From positions 6,698,063 to 6,762,062 of the forward strand of contig CM082582.2 in the NCBI GenBank assembly GCA_040954595.2: 64,000 nucleotides of DNA, written 5' to 3'. Of this stretch, positions 63,827-64,000 are shown in pieces. The stretch comes from Balanoglossus misakiensis (taxonomy: Eukaryota; Animalia; Hemichordata). A program made the translations under genes and the position numbers. A model generated the notes under the pieces. The model searched no databases and had not been told where the DNA came from. It was given only the letters and a program-made list of their open reading frames with translations. Position 1 is the stretch's first letter. Each line of letters starts with the position of its first letter.

Positions 63827-64000
63827 CTACATGAACAAAAAAAAATCATATCAAGAATGATTGCATTACATGTTGTGTTCGACAGTGTGTTTTTCTTTTC
63901 TTATATCACATAAAAGTAAAATAAATGTAATTTTATAATCAAATATTTTGTAAATCACAGTGTGCATAAAATGTGGCTGATTTTTCTGTGATATATTTAT

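Overview
Eukaryotic genomic DNA from an invertebrate-like animal: AT-rich GT-AG introns, microsatellites and several MITE families. Seven protein-coding genes are supported. On the minus strand: NUDT19 (3 exons, ends in peroxisomal SKL), intronless GFOD1/2, GCSH (5 exons), two tandem intronless MYND zinc-finger paralogs with an uncharacterised C-terminal domain, and a DNAH5/8-type outer-arm dynein heavy chain (about 68 exons, 5' end beyond the window). On the plus strand: MsrA. The main result is that MsrA looks like a selenoprotein that the ORF track misses. An in-frame TGA (14418-14420) sits at the catalytic position (S-U-F-W in place of G-C-F-W). It is followed 7 nt later by an SRE-like hairpin, and the 3' UTR holds a well-formed type II SECIS (16511-16602) with an unusual UUGA core. 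All coordinates were read by eye and RNA structures were paired by hand, not computed.
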